64,000 nt of DNA, from NCBI GenBank assembly GCA_044229975.1, contig JBGARZ010000002.1, positions 1,017,125-1,081,124 of the forward strand, read 5' to 3'. The stretch is from Polyangiales bacterium (GTDB lineage Bacteria > Myxococcota_A > Polyangia > Polyangiales > Ga0077539). Made by a program: the position numbers and the translations under genes. Every line of letters starts with the position of its first letter. Position 1 is the stretch's first letter. Below the pieces are notes generated by a model, which was not told the origin of the DNA, did no database searches, and saw nothing but the letters and a program-made list of their open reading frames with translations. Below, in pieces: positions 9,887 to 18,741 of this stretch.

Positions 9887-12007
9887 CTACCGGCTGAAGG
9901 TGATGTTGCGGGCCGAGTACGCCGACCAGTAGAGCTGCGACAGGTTGGTGTAGCGAAACTCGTTGAAGGCGAAGCCCGCGACGCGGAAGGCCGTGAGGTA
10001 CAGGTAGAACGACTGCCCCGCCGGCAGGTCGCGCAGCCCCATGACCCCGGAGAGGTCGGGGAAGCGGAACGTTCGCTCGGTGGCGTTGGCGTAGGTCTGC
10101 CAGTACTGGGTGTCGCCGCTGAGCGAGAGGTTGAACATGTCCGGGTCGTTGCCGCGCTGGGTGAAGCGCACGGTGCGATCGGACGGCAGCCTGCCCCCGT
10201 CGGTCGGGACATCGAACTCGGGGATACCCACCCAGTTGTCGATGCGGACGGTGTCGTCGGGCGACGTGATGCCGCCGACGACGACGGCGCTCGATGGAGG
10301 CGAGAGGTACTCAGAGCCATCGGCGTTGCGCCCGCCGCTCACGCCGTAGGTGGCGCGCACGATGAGCCGCGCGTCGGCGAGCGGACCGCTGAAGGGCGGC
10401 AGCGCGACGAGGTTGTAGTTGTCGCCCACGTCACGGCCGTACGCGGTGATCTCCGAGCGGGCGATGACCCCTTCGCCGCCGAGGTTGAGGAAGCCTTCGA
10501 CGCGCAGTCGGTTGGGCGCATCGCGCGTGACCGGCGGGAGGTTGGCGAGGCGCACCTCGGTCTGGTGATCGAGGGGGATGTTCATGTTGACCACCACGTT
10601 GGCGATCATGGCGCGGGGCGAGCCGAGCACGCCGCGCGCGACGCCCATGATGTACGGGGTGAAGCGGGTGCGGTCGCGGTTGTTCTCGATGCCCGCGATG
10701 GCGTAGACGGCCATCGACCCATTGCGCGTGTTGATGGTGAAGGGGTAGCCGCGACCGCCATAACCGGGCGTGACGACCTCGACGACCTGGCCGCCATCCG
10801 AGGGCTGGTTGGGGGTCGAGAGGATGTCCGTGGTGGTCACGAAGACCCGCGCCACGCGGCGCTCTCCCGCACGGGGTTCGGGGACGTTGCGCCACGGGTT
10901 GGGCGCAAACTCGTTGGGGCCTTCCCACACGAGCTCGCCCGAGACCTGGGTGCCGAAGGTCCCGCGGCCGGGGGTGTTGTCCGGGGGCATGCCCTCGGCG
11001 ATGCACGCCGGGATCATCTGCGCGTAGAGGTAGAGCGACACGTTGCGCGCGTCGAAGACCTGCACCGTCTGGCTGTTGAAGCAGTGCGCGCTGATGGTCA
11101 TCGTGACGGGCCCGCGCAGCTCGGGGAAGCCCACCGACGCGCGGCCGCGCTCGTTGGTGCGCGTCGAGCGCGGCGGCGCCACGAGGGGGTCGTCGCCGAG
11201 GAAGACCAGCGCGTTGGGGATGGGGTCGCCCGTGTTGCCCGCGAGCACGGTGACGTTGATGTTGCCGAGGATGGGGCCGCCACCGAGACCGCCGCGCGCG
11301 GCCTCGGCGCTGTCGGTGTAGTTGAAGGCGTCGGCGACGGCGATGCGCTCGTCGCCAGTGACGACGGTGACATCGACGCGCGCCTCGGGGTGGGCGGGCG
11401 TGAGGCAGGTGAGCAGCTCGGGGCCACCGACGCGGATGCCGGTACAGGGCAGGCCGTCGAGGGTGACGGCGCTGGCGTCGGTGAAGTGGGTTCCGAGGCC
11501 GCGGATGGTGAGGAGCGTGTTGCCCGCTGGCGTGCCATCGGGCGGCTCGGTGGCGATGGCGTCGTAGCGGTAGCCCATCGGGAGCGTCGTGGTGCGGCCG
11601 TCGACCTGCACGGTGACATCAACGGCGCCCGCGCGGCCCGCCGGGGGCTTCACGGTGAGGCGGCCCTGGTCGTTGGCGACGGTGTCGGCAGGCTGCACGA
11701 GGTTGCCGCCGAAGGTGACGACGGACTCCGGGGTGAAGTTGGAGCCACGCACGACGACGGAGTTGCCCCCGGTGAAGGGACCGTGGTCGGGCACGACGCC
11801 GACGACGACGGGGTTGGTGTTGCGCGGGACGTCCGGGCGGGCCGCGTCGCGGGCTTCGGTGGAGACGTCGGCCTGCACGATGCGCGGGACATCGACGCCG
11901 GCATCGACGGCGGGCGCGGGCGCGGTGAAGGGGTCGTCGGCACAGCCAGCGACGAGCACAGACGCGAGGAGGGCGACGGAGCGCGCGCGGGGCCGGGGAG
12001 CGTTCAT
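9887..12007 (-). CDS. Lipoprotein with two IPT/TIG domains
   Basis: Lipobox LVAGC; VVPDHGPFTGGNSVVVRGSNF and PPDGTPAGNTLLTIRGLG are IPT/TIG-like repeats. Confidence 0.8.
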   Translation of the reverse strand: MNAPRPRARSVALLASVLVAGCADDPFTAPAPAVDAGVDVPRIVQADVSTEARDAARPDVPRNTNPVVVGVVPDHGPFTGGNSVVVRGSNFTPESVVTFGGNLVQPADTVANDQGRLTVKPPAGRAGAVDVTVQVDGRTTTLPMGYRYDAIATEPPDGTPAGNTLLTIRGLGTHFTDASAVTLDGLPCTGIRVGGPELLTCLTPAHPEARVDVTVVTGDERIAVADAFNYTDSAEAARGGLGGGPILGNINVTVLAGNTGDPIPNALVFLGDDPLVAPPRSTRTNERGRASVGFPELRGPVTMTISAHCFNSQTVQVFDARNVSLYLYAQMIPACIAEGMPPDNTPGRGTFGTQVSGELVWEGPNEFAPNPWRNVPEPRAGERRVARVFVTTTDILSTPNQPSDGGQVVEVVTPGYGGRGYPFTINTRNGSMAVYAIAGIENNRDRTRFTPYIMGVARGVLGSPRAMIANVVVNMNIPLDHQTEVRLANLPPVTRDAPNRLRVEGFLNLGGEGVIARSEITAYGRDVGDNYNLVALPPFSGPLADARLIVRATYGVSGGRNADGSEYLSPPSSAVVVGGITSPDDTVRIDNWVGIPEFDVPTDGGRLPSDRTVRFTQRGNDPDMFNLSLSGDTQYWQTYANATERTFRFPDLSGVMGLRDLPAGQSFYLYLTAFRVAGFAFNEFRYTNLSQLYWSAYSARNITFSR

Positions 12008-12084
12008 GGGGCGAGTATCGGGTGGAGGGGGCAGCGGTGCAATCGGGCGGATCGACCGCGGTGGGCGTGGGTCAGGGGCATGGC

Positions 12085-12269
12085 GTGGACTTGGTCGACG
12101 GTAGGGATCGAACACCCGATGGGCCCCGTGGACTCGGTCGACGGTAGGGATCGAACACCCGACGGGCCCCGTGGACTCGGTCGACGGTGGGGACCGAACA
12201 CTTGATGGGTGGCGTGGACTCGGTCGACGGTGACGAGGGGACATCCGATGGGTGGCGTGGACTCGGTCG
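12085..12269. repeat. 43-bp tandem repeat, four full units plus one partial unit
   Basis: GTGGAC(T/C-variant)..GGTCG starts at 12085, 12128, 12171, 12214 and 12257, an exact 43-bp period. Unit 2 = GTGGACTCGGTCGACGGTAGGGATCGAACACCCGACGGGCCCC. Confidence 0.95.
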
Positions 12270-12353
12270 CCCCCCTTCGATGGATGTTCGAGGGGTGCCT
12301 TCGACCGGGGACAATCCCACCGAAGACATCGGCTACCCTGCGATCACAGCGCG

Positions 12354-13123
12354 ATGAACTTCCTGTTCTGGAATCTGGGGAAGAGACCGATCGAGGAGCT
12401 GCTCGCTACGGCGGTTCACGAGCACGACGTCGATGTGATCGTGCTCGCGGAGTGTGAGACTCCGGTCGGGAGATTGTTGCAGTCGCTCAATCAGGATCGA
12501 TCACGCCGATACGTACGAGCGGACCTCCTGCCGGGTCGAGTGCAGGTGTTCTCGCGCCTTCAGGCGGGCAGCATCCAACCTGTACGCAACACGCCCAACG
12601 CCGTGATCCATCGTGTCTCACCAAGCTCTGGTGAGGCGTTCTTGTTGGTCGGAGTACACTTCCCCAGCCGTCGACACCACCATCCCGACGACCTGAGCGA
12701 TCTAGCTGGGCGCCTGGCTCGGACCATTCGGAACGCCGAAAAGCGCGAGGGTCACGCTCGGACGCTGGTAGTCGGCGACTTCAATCTCGACCCGTTCGAT
12801 CGCGGTCTTGCGGGGAGCGAGGGTCTGCACGCGGTCATGGATCGGCGCATCGCCCAGCGTGGCTCTCGGACGATGCAGTGGCTCCAGCGTCCGTTCTTCT
12901 ACAACCCGATGTGGAGCCGACTTGGCGACGCGAGCGTCGGCCCTCCGGGAACCCACTACTACGCTCGCAGCTCCGCGCTCGCCCTCTTCTGGCACACCTT
13001 CGATCAGGTGCTGATGCGCCCTCAAATGATCGATCAGTTCGACCCGATGTCGCTTGCGGTGTTGACGTCCGTTGGGGATACCTCCCTGGTCGACGAAGTC
13101 GGCGTACCAGACGCGTTGGTAGG
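12354..13123 (+). pseudogene. Endonuclease/exonuclease/phosphatase (EEP) family gene, 5' part, interrupted by the insertion element
   Basis: FLFWNL, VIVLAE, GVHFPS, LVVGDFNLDP and TFDQVL are present. The terminal SDH motif is missing here and reappears after the element. Confidence 0.88.
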
Positions 13124-13205
13124 TGCTCTTGCCGCACAACTTCCATCGGTTTGAGGACCTGAAACTCCGGACTTCGGAGACCTCCTCAAATCGCTGGAGG
13201 AGACG

Positions 13206-14624
13206 ATGGACGAGAAGCGAGATGAGCAACGGCTGCCACGCAGCGTAGGGCGGCGATACACAGCCGAGGAGCGCGCGGTGGTGCTCGCCGATGTGCCGGC
13301 GTTGGGCTGCAAGCCCGCGGCGGCGAAGCATGGCGTTCCGGCCCCCAACGTCTTCCGCTGGGCGAAGGCTGCCGGGGTCACGAAGGCGTCGAGCAGCGAC
13401 GAGACGCCCACGGCGCCCGCGGCGCCCGCCGCGCCGCCGCCGCCAGTGGTGATCGCGAAGGCGAAGGCGGCACCCGCGCGGCGCAAGTCCACCGCGTCGG
13501 CGAAGGCGGCGCCGCCGTCGTCGGCGGGCAACAAGTCGCCTGACACCACGGGCCTCCCCGCCAAAGCCGTCGCAACGCCCGCGGCGAAGCCGAAGACCGT
13601 CGCGCGTTCGTACACGCCGTCGGAGCGCGCGGAGATCCTCGAGTACGCCGCCGAGAAGAGCGTCACCGAGTCGGCGACGAAGTTCAAAGTGAGCCGGTTC
13701 TCGATCTACGAGTGGCAGCGCAAGGTCAGCGCCGCGGCGAAGGGCGAGGGCCCGTCGCCGACGAGCGGTGCGGGCGTCAAGGAGATCGAGGCGCGGCGCG
13801 ACAAGGAGATCCTCGACGAGTGGAGCCGGCACCCCGGCCTCGGGCCGAGCCAGATCCGCAACCAGCTCCGTCGCAAGAGCGTGAAGGTCTCCGTCCACAC
13901 GGCGCGGCGGGTGATGGAGGAGGCGGGCTATCGGCCGCCGAAGGTCGCGCGGCATCCGCACATCCAACGCTTCGAGGCCGTGCGCCCGAACCACCTCTGG
14001 CACCTCGATTTCGTGCATCGCAACATCCACCGCGCGAACACGTTCACGTTGATCCTGATCGACGACCACTCGCGCTTCGTCGTGGGCCACGGGGTGGACG
14101 ACGCGGAGCGCGCGGACATGGTGATCGGGACCTTCGAGCGCGCCGTCGCGCGGTACGGCAAGCCCGAGATGGTGATGCACGACCGCGGCGCGGCGTTCTG
14201 GGCGTGGAACGGCATCTCGCGCTTCACGGCGCTGCTCACGGAGCTCGGCATCGACCAGCTCGTCGCCGTGGACAAGGAGCACAACGGCAAGGTCGAGGTC
14301 TTCAACGCCAACCTCGCGAAGGAGCTGTTCGACGTGCAGCGCTTCGCCGATGTGGGCGAGATGCGGCGGCGGCTCGACACGCACATGCACTGGTACAATC
14401 ACGGCCGCACGCACCACGCGCTGGGCGGCCTGCTGGTGCCCGCGGACCGCTACTACGGCCGCGTGGACGAGGTGCTCGCGCGCATCGAAGCCGGCGCGGG
14501 GCGCGACGTCGGCGACGGCATCGACCTGCGCGCCCGATCGCTGGATCTCTTCAAGGTCACCAGCCGCGACGGCGTGCCCGAGGTGTGGCTCATGGGCCGA
14601 AAGCTGATCGAGCTGCGCCCCTGA
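13206..14624 (+). CDS. DDE transposase (integrase core, IS481-like) with N-terminal HTH modules
   Basis: GGAGGAG RBS. Two HTH-like modules (RRYTAEER..., RSYTPSER...YEW); PNHLWHLDF, IDDHSRF, MHDRG, NGKVEVFN, WYNHGRTHHALGG. Confidence 0.92.
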   Translation: MDEKRDEQRLPRSVGRRYTAEERAVVLADVPALGCKPAAAKHGVPAPNVFRWAKAAGVTKASSSDETPTAPAAPAAPPPPVVIAKAKAAPARRKSTASAKAAPPSSAGNKSPDTTGLPAKAVATPAAKPKTVARSYTPSERAEILEYAAEKSVTESATKFKVSRFSIYEWQRKVSAAAKGEGPSPTSGAGVKEIEARRDKEILDEWSRHPGLGPSQIRNQLRRKSVKVSVHTARRVMEEAGYRPPKVARHPHIQRFEAVRPNHLWHLDFVHRNIHRANTFTLILIDDHSRFVVGHGVDDAERADMVIGTFERAVARYGKPEMVMHDRGAAFWAWNGISRFTALLTELGIDQLVAVDKEHNGKVEVFNANLAKELFDVQRFADVGEMRRRLDTHMHWYNHGRTHHALGGLLVPADRYYGRVDEVLARIEAGAGRDVGDGIDLRARSLDLFKVTSRDGVPEVWLMGRKLIELRP

Positions 14625-14702
14625 AAGGAAAGCGGTCTCCCGCCCTGGTCGTGTATTGCGAAGTTTCCAGACACCGCAACGCACCACCCAGACAAGGAGA
14701 CC

Positions 14703-16598
14703 GTGCGCTCCGACCTACCAGAGTCCGGCGAGTCCGTCTCGCCGCTCCTGATCTCCGCCCTGCTTCTTGCGTCCGCCGAGCACGCTCGGCGGGTCTCGCT
14801 CGCGCACCCGTCCGTCGGTGAGATCCTCGCGGCCACCGGCGCCACGCGCTCGCGGGCGTATGAGTTGCGCGACGCGCTCGTGGCCTCGCTGCCGTCGTTG
14901 CAACGCCCTGCGGGGCGCCCAGCGGTCGCGGAGACGGCACCATGCGGCGGCCCGTGCGAGGAGCTGCTCTCCATCTCGCGGGCGATGCTGCGCTTCACCT
15001 TCGAGCATCCTGGGTGCGTCGGGGGTGACCGGCGGCGGCACTACACCGATGCCTTCCGGCACCGCGTGCTGGAGCTGCACGCCGCGCATGAGGATCTTCC
15101 TCTCGCACGCTTCGCGGAGGCCGTGGAGGTGCCGCTGGAGACCGTCGAAGACTGGCTGCGTGCCGGAGCGATCACCGCGCCACCCGACGAGCCGGTGCGC
15201 GACGTGGAGAACGACACGAGCGCCACGCGGCTCACGCATCTCGAGACCGTGCTCGCGGAGTGGAAGACCTGGCGCGGCGGCTTCTCGGACTTCTGCGCGT
15301 ACTTGAAAGCCGACTGCCGCGTCCCGTACGGCCCCACGCTGGTGAGCTCCATCCTCGCCGCGCGCGGGATTCGCACGCCGGCTCGGCGCGAGGGACGATC
15401 GCCCGACGAGCGTGCGCTGCGCGGTGCCTTCGAGGTCTTCTTCCCGGACGCGCAGTGGGTCGGCGACGGCTCGCAGGTTGCGCTCGAACTCTCCGGCGCG
15501 CGCCACGTCTTCAACCTCGAGTTGCTGGTCGATCCGTACAGCGGCGCCTTCGTCGGCGCGTCGCTCGGCGACCAGGAGGACAGCGAAGCCGTCGCCCTCG
15601 CGATGGCGGACGCGAGGGCGACGACGAGCGCCGCGCCGCCGCTGCCGCTCGCGGTGCTCCTGGACAACAAGCCGAGCAACCACGCGCCTGAGGTGGATCG
15701 TGCGCTCGATGGTGCCGAGCGCATTCGCGCGACCCCCGAGAGGCCGCAGAACAAGGCGCACATCGAAGGTGGATTCGGGCTCTTCCAGCAGACCGCGCCG
15801 CCGCTGCTCGTCGAGGGAGAGGACGCGCGCTCGCTCGCACGATCGATCCTCCGGCTGGTCCTCACGACCTTTTTCCGCACGATCAATCATCGTCCGCGCA
15901 AGGATCGCGACGGTCGCTCGCGCGTCACGATCCACGGGGAGACGCCGACGCCGGAGCAGATCGCCGAGGCGCGCAAGGCGCTCGCGGAGCGGTGCCGCCG
16001 CCAGGAGCTCGCGCGACAGACGCTCGAGGCGCGGCAGGATCCCGAGGTGCGCGCGTACCTCGATCGGTCCTTCGAGCGGCTCGCGCTGCTCGACCCGGAG
16101 CGCAGCCTCCGCATCGCCCTCGCGCGCTATCCGCTCGACGCGATCGTCGATGGCGTCGCGATCTTCGAGGGCAAGCGCGCCACCGGAACGATCGCTGCCG
16201 ACACCGACGCGCGCTACCTGCTCGGCATCGTCAGGAACCTCGCCGCCCAGAACGAGGGACAACGAATCTGCGAGGCGCTGCTCCGCGAGCGGATGGCCCA
16301 GCGCGACCGCATGCTCGCGTCGCTGCAGACCGAGCGTGTGCGCATCGAGCAGATCCTCCCGGTCGTCGGGGACCGCCTGAAGGCCTTCGCCGACCGCGCC
16401 TGCGAGATCGACGCGGTGCTCGACCGGCGCTTCTGGCTGCTCGTCCTCATCGACACCGTGCGCGCCCAGCCGCGGGCGCAACACGCCAGCCTGACCGAGA
16501 ACCTCTCGCGGAGGATTCACGCCACGTTTCGCATCACGCCCCGCGAGCGGGCGGACGCCGTGCGATTCATCGTCGATCGGGTCGTGGCGCTGCACTGA
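14703..16598 (+). CDS. Second DDE/integrase-core protein with a long helical C-terminal extension
   Basis: AAGGAG lies before GTG 14703. HTH-like RRHYTDAFRHRVL...TVEDWL; PDAQWVGDG, VDPYSG, LLDNKPSN, PQNKAHIEGGFG, NHRPR. Confidence 0.8.
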   Translation: MRSDLPESGESVSPLLISALLLASAEHARRVSLAHPSVGEILAATGATRSRAYELRDALVASLPSLQRPAGRPAVAETAPCGGPCEELLSISRAMLRFTFEHPGCVGGDRRRHYTDAFRHRVLELHAAHEDLPLARFAEAVEVPLETVEDWLRAGAITAPPDEPVRDVENDTSATRLTHLETVLAEWKTWRGGFSDFCAYLKADCRVPYGPTLVSSILAARGIRTPARREGRSPDERALRGAFEVFFPDAQWVGDGSQVALELSGARHVFNLELLVDPYSGAFVGASLGDQEDSEAVALAMADARATTSAAPPLPLAVLLDNKPSNHAPEVDRALDGAERIRATPERPQNKAHIEGGFGLFQQTAPPLLVEGEDARSLARSILRLVLTTFFRTINHRPRKDRDGRSRVTIHGETPTPEQIAEARKALAERCRRQELARQTLEARQDPEVRAYLDRSFERLALLDPERSLRIALARYPLDAIVDGVAIFEGKRATGTIAADTDARYLLGIVRNLAAQNEGQRICEALLRERMAQRDRMLASLQTERVRIEQILPVVGDRLKAFADRACEIDAVLDRRFWLLVLIDTVRAQPRAQHASLTENLSRRIHATFRITPRERADAVRFIVDRVVALH

Positions 16599-16776
16599 CG
16601 GCGAGGCGCCCGCACACCGTGGGCGACCCCGACGGCGACGGGCTCGACGGCGATCGCTGCGACGCCAAAACCAACGAGCGCCCGAGCGTCAGCCGGTCAC
16701 GCCAAGGCGCTCGCCAGGCCGCGCCAACGGACGTCCGCCATTTCTTGTTGGTAGGTGTTTGACAAGCGCAGGTAGG

Positions 16777-16849
16777 CTCCGATCATCTGCCCCTGCGATT
16801 CAGCCTGAGCTTTCCAACAACCGGCCATCAGGAGATACTTCGACCATGA
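16777..16849 (+). pseudogene. 3' remnant of the interrupted EEP gene
   Basis: Reads (G)SDHLPLRFSLSFPTTGHQEILRP-stop in the restored frame; SDHLP is the canonical EEP catalytic motif. Confidence 0.88.
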
Positions 16850-17235
16850 GCGCCCGAAACCTGTGGGGTGACATTCCTTCGGCCACGTCGTTGCGCACGC
16901 CGACCACGGTATTGCGCGAGCAGGCCGACCTTCTGACCACCCTGACCAAGGGCGTTCTGAAGGGCGTCGTCGAAACGTTGCCGTTCCGCGGTTCACTTAC
17001 CAGCACCCTCCTGATCGAGGCTCCAGCCCTCGACAACTACCATCATCAGGTGCTGCGAGCGGAGTATGGAACGTCTCTGTACCCCGTCGCGGTAGACAGG
17101 GGAGACTCGGACGCGGTGCACTACTGCGACGACGAAGACGCCTTCATCGCGTACCTCGGCGAAGTCCTCTCGTCGCCAGACGTCCACAAGACGATCCAAG
17201 TGCTTCTCGCGCAGAGCACCGCCACTGCCGCCTGA
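16846..17235 (+). CDS. Small hypothetical protein (129 aa) translationally coupled to the EEP gene
   Basis: AGGAG RBS; ATG 16846 overlaps the EEP stop TGA 16847-16849. Sequence MSARNLWGDIP...RTPTTVLREQADLL...APALDNY...LYPV. Confidence 0.8.
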   Translation: MSARNLWGDIPSATSLRTPTTVLREQADLLTTLTKGVLKGVVETLPFRGSLTSTLLIEAPALDNYHHQVLRAEYGTSLYPVAVDRGDSDAVHYCDDEDAFIAYLGEVLSSPDVHKTIQVLLAQSTATAA

Positions 17236-17238
17236 CCG

Positions 17239-18741
17239 TCACCCCTCCAGCATCGCGTCCGCGAAGGTCCGCGCCAGCGCCATGATCGTGTGCTGCGGGT
17301 TCACCCCCAGCGTCGACGGAATCACGCTCGCATCCGCCACGACCAGGCCCTCGTACCCGTGCACTCTCCCCCTGGCGTCACACACGCCCTTGGCCGGGTC
17401 CTTGTCCATCACGGTCCCGCCGAAGAGGTGCGACGAGATCACCACGTACGCCCGCGGGTCGAGCGGCCCCTCTTCGATCAACCCCACCTGGTCGGGTCCG
17501 ATCTCGTACGGCAGCCCGTAGATCCCCGACACCACCTTCTTCGCGCCCGCCGCGAAGTGCGTCTTCGCCATCAGCGCGAGGCCCTTGCGCAGCCGGTCCA
17601 TGTCGTTGCGGTTGAAGCTGTACTCCACGCTCACTTCGCCCAGCAGCCCGCGCTTGATGCGCCCCACCGACTCGGCCCGCACCGCGACGACCCACATCGC
17701 CATCTTGCGGTACTCGGTCATCCGCTCGATGAGTTCGCGCCCCGCCCCCGCCAGCCGCGACGCCACCATCTCCGGCGGAATCGCCAGCGTCTCCAGCTTC
17801 ATCCCCGGCTCGACCCGGTACTGCACCGAGGCCCAGCCCTGCGTGGCCCCGATGTTCATGTCCACCGGGTCGTCGTACACGCCGAACACCCCCGTCCCCG
17901 GGTGCGCGCGAAAGCCCTCGCCCAGCAGCCTGTGCTTCACGCCGCTCGCCATCAGCAGCGGCGACGTGCGCGTGACGCTCGCCGCCACCACCACGCCCTT
18001 GCGCGCCCGCACCGTGTACCTGCCGCCCTTGCGCCGCGTCACCGGCTCGCGAAACCGCCCGCTCACCCCGACCGCACGCTTGCCCTCCAGCAACACCCGC
18101 TCGGCCGGCGCGCACGACAGCACCGTCCCGCCGAGCTTCATCACCTCGGGCACCAACTGGAGGTTCAAGCTCTGCTTCTTGAGCTTCTTGCAGCCCTGGA
18201 GGCACTGCCCCGCGCCCTCGCAGCCCTTCGCGTAGCGGGTCATCGGGTGGCTGTCGTAGCCAACCTTGGCCGCACCGATCACCGCGAGGTCGTTCGATCG
18301 ACCCATCGACGCAGGCGGAACCACCTCCGCCGAGAGCTCGCGCTCCAGCGCGTCTTGATGACGCCAGATGGACTCGCGAAACCCTTTGTCCCCGATGCCG
18401 AGGTCGCGCTCCCAGGCGAGCAACACATCTTCGGGCGTACGCACGCAGATGGCCGAGTTGATGACGGTGGTGCCACCCACGCACGACGCCTGGACAATGG
18501 GCCACAGCGCCCGACCGCGCGTGATGCCGACGCCCCAGTCGTCGAAGAGGTCGCGCATCGCGCCGTAGGTCGACGAGGGGTAGTCGTCCGGGTCGCGCCA
18601 CGGCCCGGCCTCGATGAGCGCCACCGTCGCGCCGCCGCGGGCGAGGGCGTTGGCCGCCGTCGCGCCGCCCGCGCCGGAGCCGACCACCACGTAGTCGACG
18701 TCGAGGGAGTAGTCCTCCTCGCGAAACGAGACGTGCGTCAC
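17239..18741 (-). CDS. GMC-family FAD oxidoreductase
   Basis: VVVGSGAGG dinucleotide fold, GGTTVINS, CEGAGQCLQGC, SSHLFGG, VADASVIPSTLGVNPQHTIMALA. Confidence 0.9.
   Translation of the reverse strand: MTHVSFREEDYSLDVDYVVVGSGAGGATAANALARGGATVALIEAGPWRDPDDYPSSTYGAMRDLFDDWGVGITRGRALWPIVQASCVGGTTVINSAICVRTPEDVLLAWERDLGIGDKGFRESIWRHQDALERELSAEVVPPASMGRSNDLAVIGAAKVGYDSHPMTRYAKGCEGAGQCLQGCKKLKKQSLNLQLVPEVMKLGGTVLSCAPAERVLLEGKRAVGVSGRFREPVTRRKGGRYTVRARKGVVVAASVTRTSPLLMASGVKHRLLGEGFRAHPGTGVFGVYDDPVDMNIGATQGWASVQYRVEPGMKLETLAIPPEMVASRLAGAGRELIERMTEYRKMAMWVVAVRAESVGRIKRGLLGEVSVEYSFNRNDMDRLRKGLALMAKTHFAAGAKKVVSGIYGLPYEIGPDQVGLIEEGPLDPRAYVVISSHLFGGTVMDKDPAKGVCDARGRVHGYEGLVVADASVIPSTLGVNPQHTIMALARTFADAMLEG

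Larger units (their letters stand above)
13124..16770 (+). mobile_element. 3,647-bp insertion sequence (IS481/IS3-like DDE superfamily) encoding two DDE proteins
   Basis: Left end TGCTCTTGCCGCACAACTTCC versus reverse complement of right end TGCGCTTGTCAAACACCTACC (15/21 identical). Direct repeat GGTAGG at 13118-13123 and 16771-16776. Excision restores the EEP reading frame. Confidence 0.92.

Noticed and set aside
12008..12244. N-terminal extension of the IPT/TIG gene with peptide repeats
   Set aside because: It is a translation of the 43-bp repeat, whose period is not a multiple of 3; the signal peptide and lipobox start at ATG 12007.
12085..12269. CRISPR array interpretation of the 43-bp repeats
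   Set aside because: The would-be spacers are near-copies of each other, the period is short, and there are no cas genes in the window.
12252..13154. ORF-track 300-aa protein as an intact gene
   Set aside because: Its N-terminal extension lies in the repeat region and its last 10 residues are read-through into the IS end; the catalytic SDH is absent.
13115..16757. 11-bp direct repeat GTTGGTAGGTG as the true element boundary (att-like core)
   Set aside because: Excision at this repeat gives GGT GTT TGA (a stop) and does not restore SDHLP, whereas the GGTAGG duplication with TG..CA ends does.
16759..16845. TTG start at 16759 for the small partner gene
   Set aside because: It lies in the IS end; ATG 16846 has an AGGAG RBS and overlaps the restored EEP stop.
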